A stretch of 64,000 nt of DNA from Elusimicrobiota bacterium (GCA_003450815.1 DMES01000077.1:17681-81680), one strand, 5' to 3'. Shown: positions 1 through 8,727, numbered from the stretch's first letter. Notes: generated from the sequence alone by a model not told the origin. Translations and numbers: made by a program.

Positions 1-408
1 TATTTTGGCTATTTCCGCTCCGCCGAAAGAAGAACTCTGCAGGTAAAACAGAACTTCGTGTTTCTTGCCCGACGCTTCGGAAAATAACGCCGAAAGCGTT
101 TTGGCGCTGTCTGGCGCATCCTTTGTTTTTGAACTAAGCGAAATCAGTTTCAGGCTTAGGATTTGTTTTTTGACCGGGTTTTCAATAAAAAAAGCTCCCT
201 TAAGCTGTGAATCCCTGGTTATGTAGTCACGCACGAAGGAAACCATGTCTGAATCCGCCTCCTGTATGACCGCCTGGAAGTCTTCTTCATCCGACGGCCT
301 GGCTGTGTCGGTAGAAAGCAGCTGTTCACTTAGGTCGTCGTCTTCCATGGCCGCGGAGCCAAGCGCGAACCCCGCCGTCATAAACATCGCTATAACTAAT
401 TTTTTCAT
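1..408 (-). CDS. hypothetical secreted protein, N-terminal part only (continues past window start)
   Basis: Hand translation of the minus frame from ATG 408-406 is open to position 1 (136 codons). It is absent from the ORF track because it has no stop in the window. GGAGG lies 5 nt upstream. The N-terminus MKKLVIAMFMTAGFALGSAA is signal-peptide-like. ATGA overlap with the stop of the kdsC-like ORF. Confidence 0.5.
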   Translation of the reverse strand, partial: MKKLVIAMFMTAGFALGSAAMEDDDLSEQLLSTDTARPSDEEDFQAVIQEADSDMVSFVRDYITRDSQLKGAFFIENPVKKQILSLKLISLSSKTKDAPDSAKTLSALFSEASGKKHEVLFYLQSSSFGGAEIAKI

Positions 409-1076
409 TTTTTCCTCCATTGCATCTCTTTCTTAAGGCATCGGGCCGGAACACTACCGGTCTCCTTTTTAAACTGGAACTTTTTTGAATACAGCACAAC
501 CTTCATTGGCATTTTCGGCGGGCTGGGCCAATGCGCGGTTTCAACATAGCTCATAACCGTTTTCCAGTGCCCCTGGCTTTTAAGGATAAAATCACACACC
601 TCCCGCGCTGCCCCACTACCGCCTTCTTTTGAAGTTACCAGGTCGCAGACTTTTTTTACTTCTTCCAAAGCGTTTTTGGGGGCACATGCAAGCCCAGCCT
701 TCTTAAGCACAGGGATATCGGTAAGGTCGTCGCCTATATAAGCCACATTTTCCTCTTTGAGCCCGGTCTCATGCAGTATTTCAGTCATTGGGGCCAGTTT
801 TGACAGGAACCCCTGATAAGCATAGTCCATTCCCAGCTGGCGGGCCCTTTCTTCCGTTCCCGGCGATTGCCTGCCGGTGATAACGCCGGTCCGAACACCG
901 AACTGGTTTAAAAGACGCAGGCCTATACCGTCCAGAGAATGGAACGCTTTGAACTCCACGATTTTTCCTTTATGGCCCGGAAGAAAATACATCTTGCCGT
1001 CAGTCAGCACGCCGTCAACGTCCATAAGAAGAATTTTTATTTTTTTAGCTTTAGCGATTGTTTTCCTTGAGACCAT
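405..1076 (-). CDS. kdsC: KdsC-like HAD phosphatase (3-deoxy-D-manno-octulosonate-8-phosphate phosphatase family)
   Basis: HAD motifs LLMDVDGVLTDG and GDDLTDIPVLKKAGL. The ORF track gives 405..1115; I prefer ATG 1076 (AGAGGA upstream). A C-terminal tail of about 55 aa beyond the usual KdsC end is unexplained. Confidence 0.8.
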   Translation of the reverse strand: MVSRKTIAKAKKIKILLMDVDGVLTDGKMYFLPGHKGKIVEFKAFHSLDGIGLRLLNQFGVRTGVITGRQSPGTEERARQLGMDYAYQGFLSKLAPMTEILHETGLKEENVAYIGDDLTDIPVLKKAGLACAPKNALEEVKKVCDLVTSKEGGSGAAREVCDFILKSQGHWKTVMSYVETAHWPSPPKMPMKVVLYSKKFQFKKETGSVPARCLKKEMQWRKK

Positions 1077-1145
1077 TTTTTCCTCTTTTCCACTGAATAC
1101 TGAAGCTCTCCGCATATAACTTCATTCCCAAAGGTCCCGAAAAAT

Positions 1146-2153
1146 TCAGTTGGATTTTTCGGGAAGTTTAAGGCGCCATTTCTCGGCCAGTTCCAGCTCC
1201 GCTTTCCTGGCAGAATAATTTTTGGGGTTCGGCCCGCAGTATTTGAACAAAAACCAGTTGATGGTTTCCTCAAGCCACTTATCCATGGGAGTTGACGCCC
1301 AGCTGAAGGTCTTTTCGGCGCTGGTTATGTCCGTCACAAAGTCCCCCCCGCATGAAAACGGTGAAGCGTCAAAATTAAAGCCGTTTTCTTTAAGCCACAA
1401 ATATTGCGGGTAAAGAATATTGGCCTCCCTGTGCAGAATGCGGGCCGAAAGCTTTACAAAATCGTCAAGAGTAAGCTGGAGCGAATCTCCGAAATTAAAG
1501 GCCTGCCCCGCCGCCAGACCGGAATAAACAAGCGTTTCAAAAACCCGGGCCAGGTCTTTGGAGAAAATGTAGCGGCTTGAAAAAGCGGACCCGGGCAGGA
1601 AAAACGGTCCTCCATCCGCGAGACGCAGCCAATAGGAATAGGCTCTGAGCGTGGGGTCGTGCGGGCCGATTACCACAGGCGGTCTTAGAATAACGGCCGG
1701 GAAGGCCTTTTCCAGGAAAGCGGATAGGAACACCCGCTCGGCCTCATATTTGCCAAGGGCGTAGGCGTGCTTTTCCTTCAGCTTGGCCTTGCGGAACAAA
1801 AGCTGAGCCTGGGTTTCCCTGTACGGAGAAGATGCGCCCTCAAGCACCGTATAAATAGAAGCGGAACTTGTAAAAACATAAAGCCCAGTCCGGCCGGAGA
1901 ATACTTTTACCGCCTTAAGCGCGTCCTCGGCGGTGAAACAGATATTATCTATTATGGCATCCCAGGTCTGAGTGGCCATGCGGGAAAGGTCAATTTCCAC
2001 CGAGCGCTCTCCGCGCGCCTGCTTTATGTCAAGGGGTAATCCTTCAACAGGCGCCCGCCTTGAAAACACGGTCACTTCATTGCCTTTGTTAAAAAACAGC
2101 GCAGCCGTTTCCTTTCCGAAAAAGCGTGTTCCGCCCAGTATCAGAATTCTCAT
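1146..2153 (-). CDS. NAD-dependent epimerase/dehydratase family (SDR) protein
   Basis: N-terminal Rossmann motif ILILGGTRFFG; 335 aa. Confidence 0.7.
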   Translation of the reverse strand: MRILILGGTRFFGKETAALFFNKGNEVTVFSRRAPVEGLPLDIKQARGERSVEIDLSRMATQTWDAIIDNICFTAEDALKAVKVFSGRTGLYVFTSSASIYTVLEGASSPYRETQAQLLFRKAKLKEKHAYALGKYEAERVFLSAFLEKAFPAVILRPPVVIGPHDPTLRAYSYWLRLADGGPFFLPGSAFSSRYIFSKDLARVFETLVYSGLAAGQAFNFGDSLQLTLDDFVKLSARILHREANILYPQYLWLKENGFNFDASPFSCGGDFVTDITSAEKTFSWASTPMDKWLEETINWFLFKYCGPNPKNYSARKAELELAEKWRLKLPEKSN

Positions 2154-2170
2154 AGCTAACAGCCTTCAGC

Positions 2171-2602
2171 CTAAATTCCTTTCTGAGTTCCCGTGCTGCC
2201 AAATCCCCCCCCGCCTCTGCGGGAAGCTTCTAGTTCTTCTACCGCTTCAAAACCCTCATAGCGCACCGGCATTACCAGAAGCTGCGCCATTTTCTGGCCC
2301 TTTGCCAGATTTTTAGTTTCTTTCGTGAGATTGAAAAGGCAAACCAGCACTTCGCCTCTGTATCCTTCATCTACCAGTCCGGCGGTTACTATAAGCCCCT
2401 GCGACTCAAGCGAACTTTTGCCCCAGACTATGCCGGCCGTGCCTTCAGGCAAGGCTATGGCAAGCCCGGTTCTGGCTTTTACCGCTGTCTGCGGCGGTAT
2501 TTCCACCGGCTCAAGCGAAAATAGATCGGCGCCGGCGTCGGTAGGGTGCGCCCGCTCAGGCATCAGGGCCGATGTGTGCAACTTTTTTACTTTGACATTC
2601 AT
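2171..2602 (-). CDS. dut: dUTP diphosphatase
   Basis: dUTPase motifs AGADL, GLVDEGYRGEV and FGSTG; 143 aa. Confidence 0.9.
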   Translation of the reverse strand: MNVKVKKLHTSALMPERAHPTDAGADLFSLEPVEIPPQTAVKARTGLAIALPEGTAGIVWGKSSLESQGLIVTAGLVDEGYRGEVLVCLFNLTKETKNLAKGQKMAQLLVMPVRYEGFEAVEELEASRRGGGGFGSTGTQKGI

Positions 2603-2988
2603 TGAATTTCCTTAAGACGTCTTATTATAATCAATAGTATATAAATTTTACGTTTTATTTGCGTTCCTTAAATGCAAAGAGCGGGCCTGTTCCCAAAAGC
2701 TCACGTAAGGCGGAGTGCCCGTCGAGGCATTTTTCATTATTCTGGTGTAGCCCCTGCCGTCACCCCGGCGAAGCTTGCCCCGTACTGTGATACGGGGTCC
2801 GGGGTCCAGTGTCGTAGATATTACCGGATTCCGGCTTTTGCCGGAATGACGATGTGGGCGTATGTGAGCTTTTGGGTGACCTGTTGAAAAACCAAAATCT
2901 TAAAATTATCGGCCAGATTTGTTTAGCGATGCGTTATAAAAGATCCCCTGCGGTTTGTACCGCCTAAACGAGGCTGCCTGATTCTCTT

Positions 2989-3006
2989 GGTTAACATATG
3001 TTAACC
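2989..3006. promoter_or_regulatory. perfect 18-bp palindrome GGTTAACATATGTTAACC (candidate operator)
   Basis: Read directly. A near copy lies 98 bp downstream, next to the HTH gene start. Confidence 0.6.
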
Positions 3007-3090
3007 GTTATTTGCAGTGGCATTAAGGTGTTATAGGCGCCAAGAGCAATTGCCCGAAAATCTTTCTCCTGTTTGGCTGAAGGCATTCTG

Positions 3091-3099
3091 TGGTATAAT
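3091..3099 (+). promoter_or_regulatory. extended -10 promoter element TGGTATAAT
   Basis: TGnTATAAT lies 26 nt upstream of ATG 3125. The -35 is weak (TTGGCT). Confidence 0.5.
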
Positions 3100-3103
3100 T
3101 AAT

Positions 3104-3120
3104 GGTTAACATAGGTTAAC
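3104..3120. promoter_or_regulatory. second GGTTAAC half-site pair, GGTTAACATAGGTTAAC (candidate operator)
   Basis: Lies between the -10 element and the start codon of the HTH gene. It shares the GGTTAACATA..GTTAAC pattern with 2989-3006. Confidence 0.55.
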
Positions 3121-3124
3121 AAAT

Positions 3125-3394
3125 ATGGCAAAAGATTTTTTTTCACTACCGGAAGCGGCGGCAATGCTTGGGATATCCCGCATTGCGGTTTTTAAGAAAG
3201 TGCGCAAAAGCCAGATCGAGGCCATACGCATTGGCCGCAACTGGGCGATAGCGGCTTCAGTTTTGAATTCATATGGGAAAAACCCTCTTCCCCCCCCTGC
3301 CGCAGCCAAACGACCGCCAAAACACCACGAAACAAAAACCGACAATGTTTTTCTTCCGCCCGACAAAGAAATGGACGATATGGGTTGGGATTAA
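3125..3394 (+). CDS. excisionase/MerR-type helix-turn-helix DNA-binding protein
   Basis: LPEAAAMLGISRIAVFKKVRKSQIEAIRIGRNWAI matches the excisionase-family HTH pattern (recalled). The C-terminal half is Pro/Lys-rich and low in complexity. Confidence 0.7.
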   Translation: MAKDFFSLPEAAAMLGISRIAVFKKVRKSQIEAIRIGRNWAIAASVLNSYGKNPLPPPAAAKRPPKHHETKTDNVFLPPDKEMDDMGWD

Positions 3395-4095
3395 CCCCAA
3401 AACCTTGCCAACCCCCAAGCAGGCCAGGTTGAGTACAAACAAAATCAATTCTGGTTGATTTCCAAGAATTCGGTCACCCTGGCATTAGACTGCCATAAAA
3501 CCTATCCACTGGCTCCGACTAACAGATCGGCCATGATGAGGGCATATGCAGAACACAAACCCTCTTACATCCGTCACACAGTCTTTACATCCCAGCAGAT
3601 TAGAAGCGGGCAGGCTATGCGAACCCAATAATAACACATTGCCGCTCTCCTAACCAGAATTTGCGCTATTCTTTCTGTTTATAAATCAAAAGTGACTTAA
3701 AATCGCAGAGAAATTTGAGCGAAGAGAGATTTCCGCGCAGAATGCGATAAAGTTGCTGAAAGAAATGGATGGATATGAGAAAAGTAGCGGATAGCGGCGA
3801 GCGATTGGTTGCTACGTGTGTGTATGGGGGGGGGCGAATAGAACTCTTTTCCACAAACGCACCAGGTGTGCGCCAGTGTTGCAGCATAAAGAACGCCGTG
3901 AACATAGAAATAAGGAATCGATTGAAGCCGGTGAGATAGGTAAAATTGTGGACATAAACGACGGCAAGGGCATAGCTGACGTACATACAGAGCGTAGTTG
4001 CCGCAGCGAATTCGCCTGGATTAACAACAATTTGCCCCGCGCCTTATTGGCGGGGCGAATATATGTGGAAACATGGGCGTCTTTCATACGCCCAT

Positions 4096-4111
4096 GTTTT
4101 CACGTGAAAAC
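4096..4111. promoter_or_regulatory. parS-like palindrome GTTTTCACGTGAAAAC
   Basis: The central 12 nt TTTCACGTGAAA equal the core of the canonical parS TGTTTCACGTGAAACA. Only the outer 2 nt per arm differ. Confidence 0.65.
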
Positions 4112-4414
4112 TCTTAAATTAGGAATAGGAATGGGGGCCGACCAAAACTCCTGGGCAATACCAGCACTTTGCACAGGACCCCTTCGTGCTGGGAGGGCTC
4201 TTGTTCTTGCTGTCCCATTGCATGTATTCGGTTTTTTTGAAGCAAGTAACCAAAAACCCCACATTCTTTCCAAATAGGTTTAAATTCAAACACCCAAATT
4301 CACGGCTCCTCTTGAATTGGTAATTGAAAATATCGTATCATTAGATTGTGAATTTAGCGACAGCTTTGTCACCGAATAGTCACCAAAGAGGACATGCAGG
4401 ATAGGCAGGGGGGA

Positions 4415-4430
4415 GTTTTCACGTGAAAAC
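4415..4430. promoter_or_regulatory. parS-like palindrome GTTTTCACGTGAAAAC (second, identical copy)
   Basis: Identical 16-mer, 65 nt upstream of the parA start. Confidence 0.65.
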
Positions 4431-4494
4431 CTGTCATGGAATAACCGACAGGCAACAACAGTAGAAAAACTAAATAACAATGGAGAACCATGTT

Positions 4495-5334
4495 ATGGCG
4501 GAAATAGTATCCATAGCGAACCAAAAAGGCGGAGTGGGAAAGACCACCACAGCCATAAACCTGGCGGTGGCATTGGCGGCTTTTGATTATGAAACCTTGC
4601 TTATAGATTTTGACCCGCAAAGCAACTCCACCTCCGGGTTAGGCGTAGACATCACAAAGAAGCATAACAACATCTACGACGTGCTTTCGGGCAAGGCCGA
4701 AATAGAAAACGCCATAAAGCAGACCTCTGTGGAATGGCTTGACATAGTGCCAACCAGCCACAATCTGGCCGGCGCTGAAATAGAATTAGTGAACGAATAC
4801 TCAAGAGAAGCCGTTCTTAAAAGGGCTTTGGACAAACTTCGGGGCATGTATAAATTCATTATTATAGACTGCCCGCCCTCGCTCGGCCTTTTAACCGTCA
4901 ACGCCCTGAATGCCTCCGACTCCGTCATAACTCCGGTACAATGCGAGTATTACGCCATGGAGGGGTTGGCTTATTTCATGAATACGGTGGACAAAATACG
5001 CCAGGCCCTTAACCCGAACCTCAAAATAGACGGAGGCGTAGTCACCATGTATGATTCACGCATAAACCTGGCCAACCAGGTAAAGGGTGAGATTTCCAGA
5101 TATTATGGAGATAAACTTTACAAAACGGTTATACCGCGAAATGTACGCCTGGCCGAGGCACCCAGTTTCGGGCAACCCATTTTTGTTTACGATCCCAGTT
5201 CACGCGGCGCGCTGGCATACAAAGACCTGGCGATAGAATTCCTAAGCCGCCGCGGCGTGGCTGTAGACGCGTACAAAAACTCGGCCCTCTATGTGAATGA
5301 GGAAACCGAACTTGAATACGATATGGGCGGATAA
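4495..5334 (+). CDS. parA: chromosome partitioning ATPase ParA/Soj
   Basis: Deviant Walker A in IVSIANQKGGVGKTTTAINLA. The ORF track starts at 4480; ATG 4495 has GGAGAA upstream. Confidence 0.9.
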   Translation: MAEIVSIANQKGGVGKTTTAINLAVALAAFDYETLLIDFDPQSNSTSGLGVDITKKHNNIYDVLSGKAEIENAIKQTSVEWLDIVPTSHNLAGAEIELVNEYSREAVLKRALDKLRGMYKFIIIDCPPSLGLLTVNALNASDSVITPVQCEYYAMEGLAYFMNTVDKIRQALNPNLKIDGGVVTMYDSRINLANQVKGEISRYYGDKLYKTVIPRNVRLAEAPSFGQPIFVYDPSSRGALAYKDLAIEFLSRRGVAVDAYKNSALYVNEETELEYDMGG

Positions 5335-5340
5335 GCGGAG

Positions 5341-5368
5341 GACACAAGTCACAGGTTGCAAGTTACAA
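5341..5368. repeat. 4 tandem heptamers (GACACAA GTCACAG GTTGCAA GTTACAA)
   Basis: Read directly in the parA-parB spacer. GTCACAR family. Confidence 0.8.
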
Positions 5369-5394
5369 TTGAAGAAATTTTTCAGGAGAACAAT

Positions 5395-6264
5395 ATGAGA
5401 AAAGCTTTGGGCAGAGGCATAGATTCATTAATCAATAAAGTGCAGGACAACGACATTTCCGGAGACATGGTGCAGCGCATTCCCATTGACAAAATACGTC
5501 CAAACCGCTTCCAGCCAAGGAAAATTTTTGATGATGAGTCTCTGGCGGGGCTTGCCGACTCAATAAAAGAGGGCGGCCTTCTTCAGCCCATCACCGTGTG
5601 GAAAGATTCAGGCGACGAACACTATGAGCTTATCTCCGGAGAACGACGCTGGCGGGCCTCATGCCTTGCCGGCTTGCCAGAGATAGATGCCATCGTGCGC
5701 AAAGACCTTGACGACGAGCAGAAACTTGGTCTCTCCTTGATAGAGAATATCCAGCGCGAAGATTTAAATGCCATGGATACCGCGCTTGCTTACCGCCAGC
5801 TTATGAACCAGTTCGGCGCTTCACAGACGGAAATAGCAAAAAAAGTGGGAAAATCAAAGGCAGCGGTTTCAAACACCCTGCGGCTGCTTGAACTGGAAGA
5901 GGATATTTTAAGCAGCCTGCAGAGCGGCGCAATAAAAGAAGGTCACGCGCGGGCGCTTCTTTCCATACCCGACAAGGCTCGCCGGCGGGAAGCCTACGGA
6001 AAAATAATTTCCGATAACCTTTCCGTACGCAATGTTGAAGCTTACGCTCAGGGGTTTCACGAGCGCAGACCTCGCGCCGCGTCCAGGACATCCTCAAGAA
6101 TGCAGAAAAGCCCGGAAATAATGGAAATCGAATCTTCCCTCGAAAAAACACTAGGGACCAAAGTGGAAATCCATCCCGGGGCCGGCCCGGAGAATGGTAA
6201 AATTGTTATCCATTACTATTCTCTTGATGATTTTGATAGAGTAACACAGATTTTAAAAAAGTAA
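5395..6264 (+). CDS. parB: chromosome partitioning protein ParB/Spo0J
   Basis: ParB motifs IPIDKIRPNRFQPR, GLLQPITV and ISGERRWRA. The ORF-track TTG start at 5356 lies in the heptamer repeat; ATG 5395 has AGGAG upstream. Confidence 0.9.
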   Translation: MRKALGRGIDSLINKVQDNDISGDMVQRIPIDKIRPNRFQPRKIFDDESLAGLADSIKEGGLLQPITVWKDSGDEHYELISGERRWRASCLAGLPEIDAIVRKDLDDEQKLGLSLIENIQREDLNAMDTALAYRQLMNQFGASQTEIAKKVGKSKAAVSNTLRLLELEEDILSSLQSGAIKEGHARALLSIPDKARRREAYGKIISDNLSVRNVEAYAQGFHERRPRAASRTSSRMQKSPEIMEIESSLEKTLGTKVEIHPGAGPENGKIVIHYYSLDDFDRVTQILKK

Positions 6265-6265
6265 C

Positions 6266-7270
6266 ATGAAATTTTTCCCCGGTTTCGTTCTTATCACGGC
6301 CACCCTCTGTTCCGGCGCTTTCGCCCAGGCTCCGGCTGAAGCTCCGGCCTTTACCTCCAAATCCCCCGTTCCGGTTTACATGGCCACCGAGAAGAATCTC
6401 GGCAATTATTACCTTTACGCCGACGGCGGGTTTCACGCCGACTGGTATATAGGCTACAACAATTGCTGGATAGTAAAACTACCGCCCGCGGCTTCACTGG
6501 GCTATTCCAAAGCGTATATCGGAGCGAAAATAGGCCGCGCCAAAATAAATTCGTGGCCGCACTCCTGGGACAAAACGCCGATCCCCGGCAAGATATATAT
6601 GGCCATAAACCAGTACCCGAAATTCAATTCGGACAATATGTATTTTCTGACCGACAGCCTGGATTTGCCGCTTGAGCCGCTGCCTAACGATTATCTTGAC
6701 GCTGTGGATTCGTCTCGCTGGTTCTGGGCTGAGATCCCGCTTTCAAGAATTTCAACCAAAAGCCCGAATTACCTGGCTGTATGGGCCTCTTCACGGTATT
6801 TCACCTCCGCTTCAAGCTCGCCCATAATCGCCGCCGCTTTCTCTGAAGATAAAGAGGAGGATGCGTGGTTAAACCGTTCAATAATGGGCAACCCGCCCTC
6901 CGGAGCCGATGTCCTTGAAACGCCCATCTCGGGCCTGAAACCCGCGCTTGCTATCAAGCTGGTGCCGCAAAACGAATATAAGGTGTTTGTAAAAGGTTTC
7001 ATGGCCGAAATAGACGCTAAAAAAATAACCGTTTCCTTCGCCGCCATCGGAGAGGACATACGGGCCGCCTGGCTTGAAGTATCGTATGATAAATTTGACT
7101 GGCAGAGAGCGACCCGCCTGTTATTGCGGTCACCATATTTCTGGACCTTCAGGCGCGATGAAGTTTCAAGGGATATGTTTTATCTGCGCGCTGCCGCCAC
7201 CGATAACCTTGAGAACACCGGTTATTCAAAGGAAATAGTAATCCCGGCCATACAGGGCCCGGCGCAGTAG
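6266..7270 (+). CDS. hypothetical secreted protein
   Basis: Signal peptide MKFFPGFVLITATLCSGAFAQA. The ATG lies 1 nt after the parB stop. No family recognised. Confidence 0.6.
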   Translation: MKFFPGFVLITATLCSGAFAQAPAEAPAFTSKSPVPVYMATEKNLGNYYLYADGGFHADWYIGYNNCWIVKLPPAASLGYSKAYIGAKIGRAKINSWPHSWDKTPIPGKIYMAINQYPKFNSDNMYFLTDSLDLPLEPLPNDYLDAVDSSRWFWAEIPLSRISTKSPNYLAVWASSRYFTSASSSPIIAAAFSEDKEEDAWLNRSIMGNPPSGADVLETPISGLKPALAIKLVPQNEYKVFVKGFMAEIDAKKITVSFAAIGEDIRAAWLEVSYDKFDWQRATRLLLRSPYFWTFRRDEVSRDMFYLRAAATDNLENTGYSKEIVIPAIQGPAQ

Positions 7271-7340
7271 ACGGAATAGAGTATTGAGAGCAACATTTTA
7301 TCCTACCCGGCACTGGGTTTTAGCCATAGCCGTACCGGAG

Positions 7341-7377
7341 TGGTAAAAATTTTTGCGGCAAAAATTTTTAATGAAAC
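7341..7377. promoter_or_regulatory. AT-rich palindrome element TGGTAAAAATTTTTGCGGCAAAAATTTTTAATGAAAC (copy 1)
   Basis: 36/37 nt identical to 23449-23485. Arms AAAAATTTTTGC / GCAAAAATTTTT. Includes the asd ATG. Confidence 0.75.
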
Positions 7378-8384
7378 TTTATAATGTAGCCGTGGTGGGA
7401 GCATCGGGAATGGTGGGGGGGGAACTTCTCGGCCTGCTTGAGAACCGGCGTTTCCCGGTTGGTGAATTTTATCCTTTTAACTCCGGCAAAAAGCCGGCTT
7501 CAGTGTTTTTTAAAGGCAAAAAATACTCCTGCCTGAAACCGTCTTTCAAGCATCTGAAAAAAGCCGACATTGTTTTTTTTGTTTCCACGGACGAGGTTTC
7601 CGGAAATTTCGCCCCGCGCCTGGCTGCGTCCGGAGTATGGTGCGTGGATGATTCCGCCCGTTTCCGCCTTACTCCCGGTGTGCCGCTGGTAATACCGGAA
7701 GTTAACGGCGAAGAACTTACCCCGTCAAAAAAATTGATAGCCGGCCCGAATTGCACTCTTACGGGAGCCGCTGTGGCTCTTTTTGAGCTGCATAAAAGAT
7801 TTAAAATAACAGAACTGCGGCTGGCTACCTATCAGGCGGTCTCCGGGGCAGGCAGAGGCGCCATGCTTCAGCTTGAAACCGAACTGAGGGAATACCTCAA
7901 AAAAGGCCGGGCTCCTGAAGTTAAAGGCGGCGGGTTCCCGCACCCCATAGCCTTCAATTTATTCCCGCAGGTGGGCGGCTTTGATAAAAACGGTCATTCC
8001 GGCGAAGAAAACAAGGTTGAAGCCGAACTGAAAAAGATATGGCGTTCGCCCTCGATCAAAATCAGTTCAACGGCGGTGCGCGTGCCGGTTTTGCGGGGGC
8101 ATTCTTTAAGCGTCTGGGCAAAAACCGAACGGCCCTGGACGCTTGCGGCGCTTCAAAGCGTTCTTAAAAAAACCCAGGGGCTTAAATTCTCCTCCGATCC
8201 CTGTAAATATCCCGTGCCGTTAAAGCAGGGACATAAAACTTTTGAGGTTTACGCGGGGCGCCTAAGAAAAGCGAAAACCTCACACAACGAATTTCAGCTC
8301 TGGATTGTATCTGACAATCTTTATAAGGGCGCGGCGCTGAATTCCATACAGATAGCGGAGCATATAACCCGGAAACTTCAGTAA
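7371..8384 (+). CDS. asd: aspartate-semialdehyde dehydrogenase
   Basis: VAVVGASGMVGGE NAD-binding site and active-site context GPNCT. The ORF-track N-terminus MRQKFL is read-through of the upstream palindrome. Confidence 0.9.
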   Translation: MKLYNVAVVGASGMVGGELLGLLENRRFPVGEFYPFNSGKKPASVFFKGKKYSCLKPSFKHLKKADIVFFVSTDEVSGNFAPRLAASGVWCVDDSARFRLTPGVPLVIPEVNGEELTPSKKLIAGPNCTLTGAAVALFELHKRFKITELRLATYQAVSGAGRGAMLQLETELREYLKKGRAPEVKGGGFPHPIAFNLFPQVGGFDKNGHSGEENKVEAELKKIWRSPSIKISSTAVRVPVLRGHSLSVWAKTERPWTLAALQSVLKKTQGLKFSSDPCKYPVPLKQGHKTFEVYAGRLRKAKTSHNEFQLWIVSDNLYKGAALNSIQIAEHITRKLQ

Positions 8385-8413
8385 GCCCTCCCTGAAATTG
8401 CCGCGATTTAAGG

Positions 8414-8713
8414 TTAATTCAGCTGAACATTCGCAAACCTCAGTTTATTCACCCACATAGCAATTTCCACCAAATCCAGATCTGAAATTTCCGGATAAGC
8501 TGCCGCGGAATTAAACGCTTTTACAGTGGCGCCTCTTCTTTCAAAATAAATACAAGCAATGGTACAGCCTTTATAGCGCACATCGTAACCGGGGTTTTTC
8601 TGCTTCAGATAAAACCCGGCCCACAAAGCGCTTTTGTAAATATAGGCTTTCAGACCATTGTCTTTTTCCGCTTTATAGCTTTCATACAGCCACTCTTTTA
8701 CCTGCCATTTCAT
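8414..8713 (-). CDS. hypothetical protein
   Basis: 99-aa ORF with AGGAGG 6 nt upstream of the ATG. No motif recognised. Confidence 0.5.
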   Translation of the reverse strand: MKWQVKEWLYESYKAEKDNGLKAYIYKSALWAGFYLKQKNPGYDVRYKGCTIACIYFERRGATVKAFNSAAAYPEISDLDLVEIAMWVNKLRFANVQLN

Positions 8714-8727
8714 AAGGCCTCCTTTGG

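Noticed and set aside
2672-2887. 71-aa ORF (..VTPAKLAPYCDTGSGVQCRRYYRIPAFAGMT..)
   Set aside because: It has no RBS. The translation runs through nested GC hairpins (CCCCGTA..TACGGGG inside ACCCCGG..CCGGGGT, and ATTCCGGC-tttt-GCCGGAAT). The peptide resembles the typical spurious read-through of small palindromic elements. I treat it as a non-coding hairpin cluster; there is only one copy in the window.
3666-4277. ORFs 3666..3986(-), 3812..4087(-) and 3816..4277(+) in the gap upstream of parA
   Set aside because: They are mutually overlapping, have no RBS and no recognisable motifs. A degraded gene cannot be excluded, but nothing supports calling one.
7353-7370. Shared N-terminus MRQKFLMK on asd and recQ (also 23461-23478) as a real protein motif
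   Set aside because: It is produced by non-ATG starts reading through the shared AT-rich palindrome. Both proteins align with their families from the downstream ATG.
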